From NCBI GenBank assembly GCA_029953675.1, contig JAMWBK010000006.1, forward strand, positions 62,001 through 126,000: a DNA stretch of 64,000 nt. Reading direction: 5' to 3'. The translations under genes and the position numbers were made by a program. How positions within the stretch are numbered: the first letter of the stretch is position 1; each line of letters starts with the position of its first letter. Below, in pieces: positions 37,509 to 50,580 of this stretch. This DNA comes from Rhodosorus marinus CCMP1338 (Eukaryota; Plantae; Rhodophyta). The notes under the pieces are model-generated. The model made no database searches and was not told the DNA's origin. It was given only the letters and a program-made list of their open reading frames with translations.

Positions 37509-38870
37509 ATGGCGAAACATCCAATACCGGAGGAGATCTTGGGACAATTGTATTCGCGGTGAGGTTCCATCTTCCAGAAACGCAGAAATCTGTGCGATAT
37601 TTTCGCCCAAACCTGGGCAACCGTCTCTGAAAGTCTGAGCTGATTTTGGATGCTCATTTGCTCTTCGCAGGTTTCTCCCATCACCCTGTCCTATTCCGGA
37701 ATCACCTCTTGACTTGCCGCAGCTTCTCCTTGATGATCGGGAATGCCTTTCGTACGTTTGCGTGGTTAAGGATTCGATAGTCTTTCTAGTCTTGCGGGTA
37801 TTTGGTTTTGCATGGTGTTGTTGACCTAGTCAGGAGTACTGAGACTTTTGATTTTCGCGAAACTACCCCAACAGGCTTGTGCTCAGTCGTGTTCTCGGCT
37901 TTGGAATCGTCCTGCTAGCAGGAATTATCAAGCTTCCACAGGTCGGTCGAAGCATTGACTAGCTCCTCCAGCGCTTTGTCTTCTTCTACATGAGCTTTAG
38001 TAAGCTGGGCTACTGCATTTGATGCTTACTCCCGCACCACTATTTTCTAAATTTCTTGCTCCAGATCCTGTCTATCGTTGGAAACCATAGCGCAGAGGGG
38101 ATCAGCGTCAATGCGTACATGCTAGAGACTTTTGGATACGCCTACAACCTTTCTTTTGCGATGCAGATGGGATATCCGGTCACAGCCTACGGCGAGTTCG
38201 CCCTAATTCTTGGGCAGAACCTGATTGTATTGTCTCTTATCTTCTACTATAACGGCTCTACGCGCAGCGCTTTCGGTGAGCAGAACTTCTCCTACTAGAT
38301 ACCAGCTTCTTTGGATGCTGCATTTCCTCCGACTGAATCACGTTTTCTTTGTGTCGAACCGCATCCTGTTGAGCAGCTGTTCCGCTTGCTTATGTTTGCA
38401 TGACTGCGGCAATGATGTTCGGCATGATTCAGATTGAGGTGCTTAGGGCACTTACAGGACTTAACGCCTTGACCGCGGTGGGATCGAGACTTCCGCAAAT
38501 CGCGAAGAACTACAAGAGCGGGTCAATTGGCTCCTTGTCCTTGTTGACGTGTTTGGGTATGTTTTTGCCACACCACCCGGCAGTTGAGGACTAGACAGGC
38601 TCAGATGCGGAGGCTTAGAGATGCCCCCATGTTTTGACACTTTACTGACCAACCTCGGACTATGCTCAAATAGCCCTTGCTCTAGGTTCAATGGTTCGGG
38701 TGTACACGACCTTGAAGGAAGTGAACGAACCAACTATTCTACTGGGCTTCATCGTTTCCGGTTCCCTTAATCTGATGGTCCTCGGCCAAGTGATCTTCTA
38801 TTCTTATATCAAACCAAGTGGATCGAAAACCGAGGAGATAAAGGAGAAGCCCGGGAAGAAGACAAATTGA
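37509..38870 (+). CDS. MPDU1: PQ-loop protein, mannose-P-dolichol utilization defect 1 (multi-exon)
   Basis: Spliced reading DDRECL/SLVLSRVLGFGIVLLAGIIKLPQ/ILSIVGNHSAEGIS...AYGE...SRLPQIAKNYKSGSIGSLS...RVYTTLKEV; two PQ motifs. The 5' exon (ATG 37509, donor 37559) is inferred from phase. Confidence 0.88.
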
Positions 38871-39036
38871 CGGCAGCTGCCAATCACTTAACAGTCACAA
38901 ACCATCCGGAGAGAGGTGTCGATGAGACCGTGCTCCTGCGCTACGACAACCAGTCCGTTCGCTATCCTATCTGAACTAATGCAGATGGTTGATTTCCTCC
39001 CGTTGACAAGCAAATGTCTGCTAGAGGCCTCGGACA

Positions 39037-40030
39037 TCACCAATCAATCGCGAGCTTCGGTTTCTCTTTCAAGCCAGCGATGAACCAGACGTACATTGTG
39101 GAGATATACTTCCAGTTCCTAATAAAAAATATCATATCATCAGTTGCTCGTCTTCTATGATAGTTTGTCTCTGCGGAAAAAATCCAGCTAGCGCGGCTGC
39201 TTGTGGCCGCAGCGTCCAGGTTACTCCATCTCCCATCGAGCGACAAATCATCTGGAGGATGTCTTCAACGGTCCAATCAATAAAATCTCCCACATCTATA
39301 AAAACGAAATATTCTGGTAGTATCAATCAAAGGCGTAAGTTATTGACTGAGGATGCAAAAGGATATCGGGTTGAGGCTTCTCCAAGCGGATTCTTGCGCG
39401 AGCCCGTTCTCGCTCCTCCACCCACCATCTGACGGAGGAGAACAGGATGTGCGAAATGTCTAGCTGATATGCAATTTTTACTGGCATCATCCCGTATCAG
39501 CCCTGTGCGGAGTTTAGGTAATTTATGCCGGGCATGCATACTCAGTAAATGGACAGCAAATAAGCAGAAGAGGGCTCGTGTCAAAATTCAACCATCGCGC
39601 GCCGTGTTTAAATGAGATAGCAAAGCGATCCCAGCCTCCGTTGAATAATGTAATCAAAAAGGTCGAGAACTCCAACAGCCTGGACCTAGTTGAAGACGGG
39701 GTGCAAACACCTCGCCAGCCCTAAACGGCACACACCAGCACACGCCCAATCCGTTAATAGTCTGGACTGGGATTCTTATATTTTGCATTAAAAAATACAG
39801 AATGGACGTCATGGCACCTATCAAAGACCGGACAGATTCATGCATCTATAACCGCCCTCGTTCGCCACGGGTTAAGGAAAACCATATCAATAGTATGGCA
39901 ATTAACGGCGCAATAGATACCGGGGATATAATATATTCAATATACACCACAGGTTAAAAATAACGTCATCCAGAAATGAAAGTCCATAAAGAAGGGGGGT
40001 AAAAGAAATACGCTCGCGCAAAGGACCCAT
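39037..40030 (-). CDS. Candidate unrecognised multi-exon, partly hydrophobic protein
   Basis: Several short protein-like frames, including one bounded by CTAG and GTATGC (SRLLEFSTFLITLFNGGWDRF...CCPFT). Lies divergent from the V-ATPase A gene. The model is not fully resolved. Confidence 0.3.
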
Positions 40031-40359
40031 GGTCGCCCTAGGGGGGTTGCCGGATCTCGGATTGTTTTTGTTGGTGGTTAATTTCTGGGGGAGGAAGAAT
40101 GCGTGTCTTGCCTTGTCGAGAAGAGGGTCTGATCTTTCAGGGATGCAGGGATATGCCGTGGGCATTCATGTACACATAGGCAGTAAGGGTCGGGCTTTGT
40201 GCGTTGAGAAGCGTCTGTTTGGGGTTACTGAGTGCTTTGTAATGTCCATTTAAGCCGAACGTTGGTGTTGCTTCTCAGGTTGGGCATTTTGGGGGTTTTG
40301 GGGTTGAGCGAGTTTTAGTCGTCTTTGGGGGGAGTCTTCGTTTTGGCGAAAAGATCGTG

Positions 40360-43224
40360 ATGGGTGTTGAGCACGGTGTGAAGCAGGGTTATGTGCGACA
40401 GGTCGCTGGACCCGTCGTTACTGGAGACCAAATGGATGGCGCTGCAATGTACGAGCTTGTCAGGGTTGGTCACGACAACCTTGTCGGAGAGATCATTCGG
40501 CTTGAGGGCTCCTCGGCAACCATTCAGGTAACGTGGAAATTTGCACCTCTCTTATTCCGAGATCGGGGGCTTTCTTGCAAAGCTCGGTCGAAAGATCTCG
40601 CGGAAGGAAACATACCCGTGTCGATTGGGTGTAAGAGATCCACCCACCCAATTCGACTGATCGCACTGTACGTGTGTAGGTTTACGAGGAAACGGCAGGT
40701 TTGATGGTCGGAGACCCAATCGTGCGTACTGCGAAACCGCTATCCGTCGAGCTTGGACCTGGCTTGCTTGGGAACATTTTTGACGGTATTCAGAGGCCCC
40801 TTGAAGAGATTGCCTTGTTCGCTAAGGATGTGTTCATTCCGAAAGGAATTGCGATCCCGCCACTTAATCGGCAGAAGACTTGGGAGTACATTCCAGTGGA
40901 TCTCAAAGTTGGAGATCATATTGCGTCCGGTGATATCTTCGGAAGCGTTGTCGAGACTGCGCTTCTAGATCACAAGCTGATGATGGACCCCACCTCTATG
41001 GGAAGAATCACCTACATTGCGCCTGCAGGGGAGTATACCCTTGATGATGTGCTTGTTGAGGCCGAGTTTAATGGCGTCGTGAAGAAGTAAGTGGAAGTCA
41101 TATATTGGAGAAAGATTCGGAAGCGCTCCGCGAGAAAGAATGCCTTCGCATCTCTCCGAAGCGTGCTGGGCTGACCTTTTTTCTTCTCTTCGCAACGGTG
41201 CCAAGGTTTACAATGGTTCAGAATTGGCCAGTACGACAGCCCCGTCCAATTGCAGAGAAACTGCAGGCGAACACACCGTTGCTTACTGGACAACGCGTGC
41301 TGGATGCCCTCTTCCCGTCAGTGCAGGTACGTTCGAAGCTCTGTCGTTCCCTTGTCCCTGATATTCCCGTTCTCTTTTGAGCATAATGCAGCAGTTACTG
41401 AAGCCTAGATTTGCCCTTTGCCGTGATTACCTTGATTGCCGTGAACGCAGGGTGGGACTTGCGCCATTCCTGGAGCGTTCGGATGCGGAAAAACAGTTAT
41501 TTCGCAGGCCCTTTCCAAGTATTCAAACTCGGATGCAATCGTTTACGTGGGTTGCGGCGAGCGCGGAAACGAAATGGCGGAGGTGTTGAAGGACTTCCCC
41601 GAACTGACAATAAACGTGAAGGGCAAAGAAGAGTCCATCATGAACCGAACTCTGCTCGTTGCCAATACGTCGAACATGCCAGTGGCTGCTCGTGAAGCCT
41701 CTATTTATACCGGTATGGACCCCTTTAGACTCTGCCCTTTGGCGAGACGTGGACAGCTCGGCTGCGTTTTCCGATATCGTAATTTACCGCTGTCTTCTTA
41801 ATCTTGACTGCAACCGCGCTCTAGGTATTACGATCGCAGAGTACTTCCGTGACATGGGTCTTGATGTGGCAATGATGGCCGATTCGTCATCCCGGTGGGC
41901 CGAGGCGCTTCGAGAAATCTCTGGACGTTTGGCGGAAATGCCTGCCGACTCAGGATATCCCGCGTACCTTGCCGCACGTCTGGCATCATTCTATGAGCGA
42001 GCCGGCAAGGCAACGTGTATTGGGGCCCCGAACCGTAAAGGATCGATCACGGTTGTCGGAGCTGTTTCACCCCCAGGAGGAGATTTTTCGGATCCCGTCA
42101 CATCAGCAACGCTCGGTATCGTGCAGGTATGTCGTCGCTCATGTTGAAGCGTTTCGTTGTAGCCACCTGCTTCTGGGTTGTGGGGTACTGACCACTCGCA
42201 TGCGCTCTACCATCGCAGGTCTTCTGGGGACTGGACAAAAAGCTCGCACAGCGCAAACATTTCCCCTCTGTCAATTGGCTCGACTCGTACTCGAACTACA
42301 CCAAGGTGCTTGAAGGGTTCTATGAGAAGGAGTATCCTGGGTTCACCGGGTTCCAGCAGAAGACCCGCGAGGTACGACACTTTTACATCATCCAGACATA
42401 GCGCGCAGGGTCTCTTTGTAGCTACTCGATTTGCCTGCTGAACTTTCTTTTTCACGTTGTGGGCTGGGTCGCGAACAGATCTTGCAGACGGAAGATTCTC
42501 TTATGGAGATTGTCCAGCTTGTCGGAAAGGATTCACTTGCAGAAAGCGATAAGGTCACACTTGAAGTCGCGAAGATGGTCCGTGAAGACTTCCTTGCACA
42601 GAACTCGTTTACTCCATACGATCGGTACGAATTCCCTGGCATACGGGGACTATGGCATGTCCGCGCTTGCGTGGATCACTGCGCTGGGAGTGGTGGAGCC
42701 CTGTTGGAGCGGGAACCTCTTTTTCTGACGATTTCGTTGTCGATTTGCGCGTGATCAGATATTGTCCGTTCTACAAGTGTAACTTGATGCTTCGCAATTT
42801 TATCTATTTCTATGAGCAATCAAACAGGCTCTTGGAAGCTGGCAGCGCCGGTACGCAAGCGTCATCGAGTTTTAGACGGCCTGCAACCGCAATTCCTAGA
42901 CGTAGGCCTAAATGTCTGTATCTTTTTCTCCTGTTCTCCGCTTGACAGCCAACGATGTTCAAAAGAAGATTTCGTTCAATATGATCTGCGAGCACACCCG
43001 TGATCTCATGTACAAGCTTACGAGCATGAAGTTCATAGACCCTGCTGATGGAGAGGAGAAGGTGAGCTGGAACAAACATATTGCTGATCTTCAGTTTTAC
43101 CTTCGCAAACGGGTTTTCTGAATACGCTTTCTCTTGTTTTCCCTTGTAGGTGAGAGGGGAAATGGACAAGATTCGTGACGATCTCTCGCATGCGTTCAGA
43201 GAGCTGGAGGACATGGCAATGTGA
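40360..43224 (+). CDS. VHA-A: V-type H+-ATPase catalytic subunit A, 10 exons
   Basis: GPVV...[22 protein letters not shown]-loop [46 protein letters not shown]. Introns 40528-40679, 41087-41205, 41327-41450, 41713-41824, 42127-42218, 42372-42478, 42625-42758, 42851-42948 and 43062-43149 restore the frame. Confidence 0.97.
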
Positions 43225-44279
43225 TCTCGAATAAAAGAAAAGAAGCAACAACTAGCGTGATGGAGAGGGAGAGTTGACGGCAGCTCATCGGCAATAAAAG
43301 CGAAATAGCTTTCCTTGCGTTTACGACTCGTGTTTGGAGCATTCCCGCAAACTTTTTTATGTATAGAATTGACTACCTTAGGGTTTCGTTGGGAGCAATC
43401 TTAGAATGCTCCTGGGCAATACGCGTCATTTGTTTTGCGAGCGTTGCGCGTTCCTCCGACATTACTTGCGCCGACACGCCGCGATTGCATGACGGCGATG
43501 CGTGATGCATTGGGATACCTCGGCCTTGCGTTTAGGCTAATTACGTGTCACTAGTGCAGCCCGAGCGCTTCTGCAAAGAGCAGGAGGGACCAAGGTCCTC
43601 GACTACCATTTTCAACGATTTCGCGTGGGTTGTCCTGATTGCTGTCTTATTGTAGTTTCCGCGTCATCTCACCGCGCATCAACAGACGAACCCAATACGC
43701 TGAACCGCGAATTCCCGCGGCGGACGTGAAGGACTGACGACTGCCCTATCGCTGTCAGACCAACTTGTAGCTTAGCGATTCAGAAGAGCATGATGACGCA
43801 TATCGGGTGCACTTATAACATTTTGTGCTCAACTGCACGGCAGATCGTCTTTATTAAAGGCGACCGCGGTGACACCCACGGTTCGTCCTTTTCTCATATC
43901 AAGGTTTGCGTGCCTTCCGGCTTGCTGTTTCTTTTTGGCTCCAAAGAACTAAGCCAACGGAGGTTGCCTTAAAACAGGCAACGTGCTTGGGTTCCTCGTG
44001 TGCCGCCGGGGGGACTGGTTTGAACGGGTTCGCTCTGCTCGTAGTCCCCAGTACGGGACTTTCCGGAAATGCCGAAGAAAAGATTCAAGGACTTAAAGAA
44101 ACTAGTTAGAAAGTTAAAAAGCATCGGTACATAAGTTGAAAATTCTAGTAGTTGGAAGCTCCTTTTCCACCAATTGCTAGGACGGAGTACTCGGACGTCA
44201 AAACATTCCTATAACACATTACTACATAGCGATTCAAAGTACAATCTCAGGTCCATGGAGCACGACGAAGACGGCAATC

Positions 44280-44948
44280 CTATGTACCCGATTTTTTGTT
44301 TTCCTCTGGCTGCGGTTGGAGCAAAGCATTGATAGACATAACATGTCCCTTGTGCATCGTCTGCATATGCTTGCTAAGGTCACTCTTTTGAAAGTGCATC
44401 GACCCGCAAACCTCGCAAGTGAACCGCTTTATCTTCAAATGCACTCCTTTAATATGCCGCTCCGTTGAATACTTTGACTGGAACACCGCCGAGCACAGGT
44501 CGCATGAGAATTGTCGAGGTTTCTCATGCATTGCGAGGATGTGATCTCGGATTTGCGACTTGCGGCTGAACTGCCTCTTGCATACCTTACACTCGTAAGG
44601 TTTTATTCTTAGGTGTACGCTTGCTACATGACGTCGAGCTTCATACTTTCTCTTGAACCAAACCCCGCAGTACGGGCAGTGGTTCGGGTTGGTACCAGAT
44701 TGTATGACATCTGCATCAACGCCCGCCTTCACAGTATCCGGGGAGAACATGACATCCCCTCCAGCACGCTGAACTCTGCTTGTAGCGACTCCAGGAGTAG
44801 ATTTCCCCCCAAAGCGAACTTCTGCCTTTTCCACAATCAGATCATCACCTCGTCCCCAAGTCTCATTTTCAGCTGAGGAAGGTGCCAACTCGCTACTAGA
44901 CTCCTCGGCCGGATCTGGAGGACACACCAAATCCGCGACCGAACACAT
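44280..44948 (-). CDS. C2H2 zinc-finger protein (4 fingers)
   Basis: CPYC..HVASVH, CKVC..HILAMH, CDLC..HIKGVH and CEVC..HMQTMH, joined by KPYEC-type linkers. Confidence 0.9.
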   Translation of the reverse strand: MCSVADLVCPPDPAEESSSELAPSSAENETWGRGDDLIVEKAEVRFGGKSTPGVATSRVQRAGGDVMFSPDTVKAGVDADVIQSGTNPNHCPYCGVWFKRKYEARRHVASVHLRIKPYECKVCKRQFSRKSQIRDHILAMHEKPRQFSCDLCSAVFQSKYSTERHIKGVHLKIKRFTCEVCGSMHFQKSDLSKHMQTMHKGHVMSINALLQPQPEENKKSGT

Positions 44949-47900
44949 TCCGAGGCAAAACTAAATTGGAGTGCAACCCTAAACTAAAACCAGCCAAACC
45001 GAAATCCACAACCTCAGTCCTCATGCGTGGCCCCAAGCTCCTCCACCCATCCGAACACCAAACCTCTGTACCAACATCGCTCTCCCAACCCTCCCGCTGC
45101 ACGCCCCCCACCAACTTGGCTTACATAAATAGGGACTGACCCATTGCCAATCACTACACAGCTGACTGATTAAACCCCCCGCCAAAAACCAAAAGGCCAA
45201 TTGAAAACCCCTTCCATGAAGAGAAATTTAATTTTTTTTGACTCCTACGACTGCTGCCCTCTCCAAAAGGCCTTCACTCAGAGCGCAAATACATTAAAAA
45301 TAGGAGAAAAAAGAACCTGGATGATCCATCTCGTTTTCTGGGTGTTTTTTTCAACACTCTACTCGAAAACCCCCCGAAAAACCAGCAGGCGCAAATGGAG
45401 GAAATTGATCTTATTATGAGACCCAGAAATTGGGCTTTCGTGCTACTCTTATTCGCCTAGTACAAAAAACAAGTTAAAAAGGGCTGGATGGAAAACGATG
45501 TAGATTCTACGGAAAAGAAAATCAAATCAGGGTTGATGCAGGTCGACAAGGCGAAAGAAAACCTAGAACCTTTTTAAAAAGAAACCGAAACTGCATAAAT
45601 CAATAATTAGAGAAAATATATATTTAGGGAAAGTGCAGTCAGTACCGATTGGGGGTTGTGACTTTTTTTTGGCTGCATTCGACATCCACATTTTCGCAGA
45701 AGTCACTGTTATAGAGTGCAAAAAATTTAGTAGGTTTCATAGAATGTGTTTGCAAACCGGAGAGTAAAGTGGAGAGCTTCTTGTTTCACTAGAGTGGGCC
45801 CTCCCGCCCCTCTTCCTCCCCGCCCGTAATGATTGGCCATCTTTTGTCTCGCGAAAACGTGTCATTGGCCTTGATCAGTAGGAAAAGAGATTGTGATTCA
45901 CGACCCGCCAATGGACAAGCCTATGAGGAGCAAAAAGTCAGGCGCTGAAGTGGTGCTTTTTCTTTTATTTTCTTTTTGCCATCATTCAATTTTGGACCTG
46001 CTGCCTTTCGCAGTTTACAGTTCAAGTTGAAAACCTAAAGAGTTTCTATAGATATTCTTCAACCCTCAAACGTTATGGGGTGGAAGTATTTTGACCCGAA
46101 AGAAGTTTTTGAACCATGGTTCGCGTTCTTCTTTTATTGTTCTGCTCTAGATTTTATGGATATCAAAGTAAATCGCACTAGGCCAAAAAAAGGCTTGGCG
46201 CACGGCCTTGCCCGGCGCATCGGAAACAGCTACCCCCTCCGCCTTTTGCGTGGTACGATAGATGGTCCTCAGCCGTACAACCGGAATTAGTTTTCTTCGG
46301 TCACGCAAGGAAAAACTTTTCCCCAAAACCTAAAAATAATTCGGAAGAAATGATATTCTGAGGCTTTCTCGTTTTAGGAATTGCAAGCAGTTTGGAAAAA
46401 TTGGTAGGATCCAGGTTAGGTAGCCCCGCGCCTTTTGGCTCCACTCCTGAGCAAGCCTTCAAACCAGAGATTTGATTTGTCGACAACTGCTCCTGCAAGA
46501 GATTTGTGGAGGGGCAGCGAAGGAACCTTCTTTCATACGGACTGTGTTTTGTTAATCCTGTATGTTTTCCTGTTGCCGCGGCGATTACATCAACAAACAG
46601 AGTTTTAAGCCCAACAGAGTGGAGCCCTCGATCAGATCAGCTCATCGTCCGCCTGACCGCATCAGTTTTTTGCTCCTGATGGTTACCGATGGTGGCCGAC
46701 GGTCCAATTCATGTTTTTACTAAATTTTGAGTTGGGGGATTTAAGAAATTGTCAAGCAGATTGCGTTCAACAAAGACCAATACGATGCCTCGCTGTCAGG
46801 CGAGGAAATTTGCTGCTCCTTATTCATGCCCTCTTAGAAGCTATAGTATTTGACCTCAACCCACGGTCGAAACTGGTTCAAGTTTCCAATCGACCGTCAG
46901 CAGATGGTACACAAGTCGCCTGCAGCAAGTCCCCCCGGGCAGAAAATTTTCGTTTCACGAAGAAAGGATGATGATGGCTACGCGTCACCAGGTCTGTTGG
47001 AACATCGGAGCCGAGCGAACGGAAGTGATTTTACTGAATTCACCTTCGCCTTAGTACACGTACCTCGCGCCCTCTTGAAAGGGACTGTTTTTCAAACGAC
47101 TCGATCGAGAAAAACCTCGCAGAGACTCAGACGAAGAGCTGGTTTCGTCATGCACATCAGGAGCATAGTACATACTCAACATGCACTGCCGGATTGTGAG
47201 CGACCACTCAAGTTTGCTTCGAGACCACTGAAAGGACGCGTAAAACTCGGCGAGCCGGATGAGCTCAATGATATTTTCTTGAAGGTTGGGCTATGCAGGC
47301 ACTGAAATGAAACTTTACATGCGCAGAATGACGCCTTTGAACTGCGGGTGCAACTGCACCAGCTGTAGATCTACAAAGTCATTTCAATACGAGGTCCTTG
47401 TCCTTTTCCTTGTCCTGGATCCAGAAACCAAGAGAAACCAGGAGAAACCAAGGGCAACAGCACTCCTGAGGAACAGATGCTATGGATGCTGGTGTTCAAC
47501 AAAAGCTTTCCTGATCACCCCGCAACTGATGGCTCGTCAAGTACTACACATTCTCCGAACGAAAGCCAGTCCAGTACGATGAGGTGAACTTTTGCTCTAG
47601 ATCAAGATGCTGTTCTCCGCGGCATCTGGGACTATTGCTAGTAAATACTCCACTATCGTCCAACAGCGGGAGACTGTAGTCAGCCGCTTGATCCAGCCGA
47701 TGAAGTACCCCCACGCAGACTCTGTGCACGTCCGCACTTTGGACGAAAGCGGTCCCTCGAGCCGGGAGATCAGAAGCAAGATCAAGAAATTACGATAGCC
47801 GTCCCGGTGTCCCCTGGACGATATACTGTTGACCAAGATTACTAAAAAATTTAATTATCGGCGCAAAGTCGAAACAAAATTTAGAGTTAAAAAAGCGCTC

Positions 47901-48811
47901 CGGAATCAGGTGCTCGTAGCACAGCCCGGCGATCCGATGATCGTACTGTGTGCGATGGAAGTCAAATCTCCCTGCTTTGGCTACAAAATATTTCGTTGGT
48001 TAATATTGTGGAAGTAAAATGTTATATTTACAGGCTTGGAAAGTCTTGGCGAAAATCTATTTTCGGGGGTGGGGTAGTGACTGGGCAAGCGCCTGGGTCC
48101 TCCGCCAACAATCTAAATGGCAACACCAACGATTGGGATGCAAAAACAATTCGTTAATTTTGATTAATAAACTATGCTTTCGGTGAAAACGACCCAGAAG
48201 CAAATACGTAACCCAATCAATATAAGCATAAGGGTTCCTGTAGCGACCTGTGTTTGTGGGATTAGGAAAAAAAACGAGCGGCGTGTGGACGCGATGACAT
48301 ATTTGATAGTGCGCCTGTATCACCAAGAGTTGATATTATCCATCAATAAATCCAATATCGCCACCCGCAACCGACCACTTTCCTTGTTGTACATTCTAGG
48401 TGAAAGAAGAAGAGAGCAGAATTGACTTTCAGTCGAGAAAACCTCAAAAATCTATAAGGTTCTGTTGAATGAACTTTGCTTAAGCGGAGGTTCTATTCGG
48501 GCTACGAAAGTGATCTGTCCAGCCAGGTTTTTAACAAAAATCTTTTGTTTTTTGTCAAAAAACTTTTGATCGGAAGCTCTACAAAAATGATAGATAGTTC
48601 ACCGCGGTGTGTTCCCCCGCACGATGTATTGGACCCCCCACGGAGGGTTGGTCGATATAGTGGACTGCAATGAGTTTGATATTGTGACTAGACGCAGGGT
48701 TTTGGTCTCTGAATAAATGTCTCGGACTAGAGCCAATTTCTTGTACCATAGTTAGGCGACACGTTTGGCTTCTACTAGAGGCGCATCCTTCGAATAGAAC
48801 CCCCTAAAGTA

Positions 48812-48871
48812 GGACCCTTCAAACGGGACCCTTCCAATAGGACCCTTCCAATAGGACCCTTCCAAAAGGAC
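48812..48871. repeat. 14-bp minisatellite GGACCCTTCCAATA, about 4 copies
   Basis: Units start at 48812, 48826, 48840, 48854 and 48868; degenerate units lie upstream. Confidence 0.85.
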
Positions 48872-48999
48872 GATTGGGAGAAAGTGCTATATCGATAGAG
48901 GGAATAAAATCATCCATTCATGTGTCCACCTTGGGTTTCTCGTGATATCTGTAATTAGTCGTCTTGTTTTGCATCGCAGAAGTCGGAGACATGTTAAAT

Positions 49000-49111
49000 G
49001 CGTTTGTAGCTCGTCTATCACGTTTCCATTGCAAGGGTTGATTGTAGTACTGCGTTGGTAGCTCGTGTATGACGTTTCATCAATTTTCAAGGGTTGGTTG
49101 TAGTCCCTGCG
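49000..49111. repeat. Diverged 52-57 bp tandem duplication
   Basis: GCGTT.GTAGCTCGT.TAT.ACGTTTC...CAAGGGTTG.TTGTAGT..TGCG occurs twice. Confidence 0.7.
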
Positions 49112-49977
49112 AAGGTAGGGGTCCGAGCAGGTTGATAAAGGAATTCGCGCAGGCAAACTACAGGGTGGGAAAACGCTGATCCCGATTTATCCGTCCCCTG
49201 TCTACGTTGTCGGAACGGAACGGCTGCCAAGCTTGCAACCCGCTCAAGTGGAAAATGAAACTGGTGCGAATAGTAGGACCTTTCGATCCAATCCAACATG
49301 TACCAGGCTCACCAAAATCGTTTGACCATCACGAGCCCATTTTTTTTGAGGGGCAAGGACTCGCAAGCTATGCAGCTCAAGGCCTAGATGATCACGCCTC
49401 AGGATGGAGAGGAGGGCTACTAGGTTAGGTATGAAAACTGACCTCCGGAAGCGACCAGAACATGACTCAGTGGGATCGCACTAGCAGGAATTCCAAAGTC
49501 TCGATATTCCCCTTGAAGGGAGGAGAAGCGGATGTCGTCGTATTTTCCGTAGGGATGAATTGGGCAAGTTGCGCGATTCCTGGATCAACACATACTCTCC
49601 GGTGGGTTTACGTATCCGTGCAACGGCTGCACGTCATTGCCTAGCGGCGGGTATCAATTATCGAGTAGCCAAGGGGTATGGAGCGCCTAGCTAGGCCAAG
49701 ATCAATCCAATAATACGTGGAAGGTGATGGCAGCCACATCCGGGTTAAGGTAGATGTACAAAACGTAGTCAATTTCTCTTGACCTCGTTCTTGAGCGACC
49801 TTGCCAGAGGAAAGTCAAGGAAATTGAGACGTCAGAATCCGACTTGGAACTGTCCGGAAATGGATGTTAAAGTCGACATTGAGGCATAACATGCACGGAC
49901 TGAAGGATCAAGCTCAGAAGAATGTGGCTGGAGATTACTACCAGAAGTAGGATCTTGAAGACGGAACGATTCGATAG

Positions 49978-50460
49978 GAATCATGGAGTGAGGCGATGAA
50001 TGGAGCATACGCGGAAGATTGGAAGCGCGCCGCATCGGAGGAGCTCGGCTCACTACGAGCAAATCAAACGTGGGAACTGATACCACGGGAAGAGGTCCCT
50101 AAGTCTGCGAGAATACTAGGGTCTAGACTGATTCTCAAGGTGAAAAGAAACGGAGATGGATCAGTCCAACGTTTCAAGGCTCGACTTGTTGCGAGAGGTT
50201 TCGCACAAAGACAAGGGATCGACTATGAGGAGATATTCGCTCCTACAGTCGACTTCTCCAGCGTTCGAGTGCTCCTGACTATAGCAGCTGTGGAAAATCT
50301 CGAAGTGGAGCAGGCTGATGTGAAAACAGCGTACCTGAACGCGAGTTTGAACGAGGACCTCTATATGATGCAACCGCGAGGCCTGGAGGAGCCGGGAAGA
50401 GCGGAGCACGTGTGCCGCCTACGAAGAAGTATATACGGTTTGAAACAAGCGGGAAGAGAA
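49978..50460 (+). pseudogene. Ty1/copia reverse transcriptase, N-terminal half (truncated)
   Basis: ESWSEAM...WKRAASEELGSL..NQTWEL...RFKARLVARGFAQRQGIDYEEIFAP...QADVKTAYLN...LRRSIYGLKQAGRE, then breaks at the expected Trp codon. Linker sequence may extend up to about 49790. Confidence 0.93.
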
Positions 50461-50580
50461 TAAACACTTCTCTCTCGGAATCGCACCAAGCAATATCCTT
50501 AAGTTGCACCAAGCAACGTCTTAAATCGCACCGAGCGATGAGACCATGTTGCTTGGGCGATTCCGAGAGAGAAGTGTTTA
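50457..50580. repeat. Copy of the palindromic PBS cassette
   Basis: Direct repeat of 53465-53589 with one 1-bp deletion. Confidence 0.9.

Noticed and set aside
41450-41580. Intein in V-ATPase A (as in yeast VMA1)
   Set aside because: The frame runs GAFGCGKT...[11 protein letters not shown] without any insertion.
46700-48450. Several 60-150 codon plus-strand ORFs (possible gag or BED remnants)
   Set aside because: No complete motif; frames are inconsistent.
49150-49790. Minus-strand tyrosine-recombinase-like LHSLR and RT-like RKPTGEYVLIQ fragments
   Set aside because: Motifs are too short and spread over inconsistent frames; cannot be supported without a profile search.
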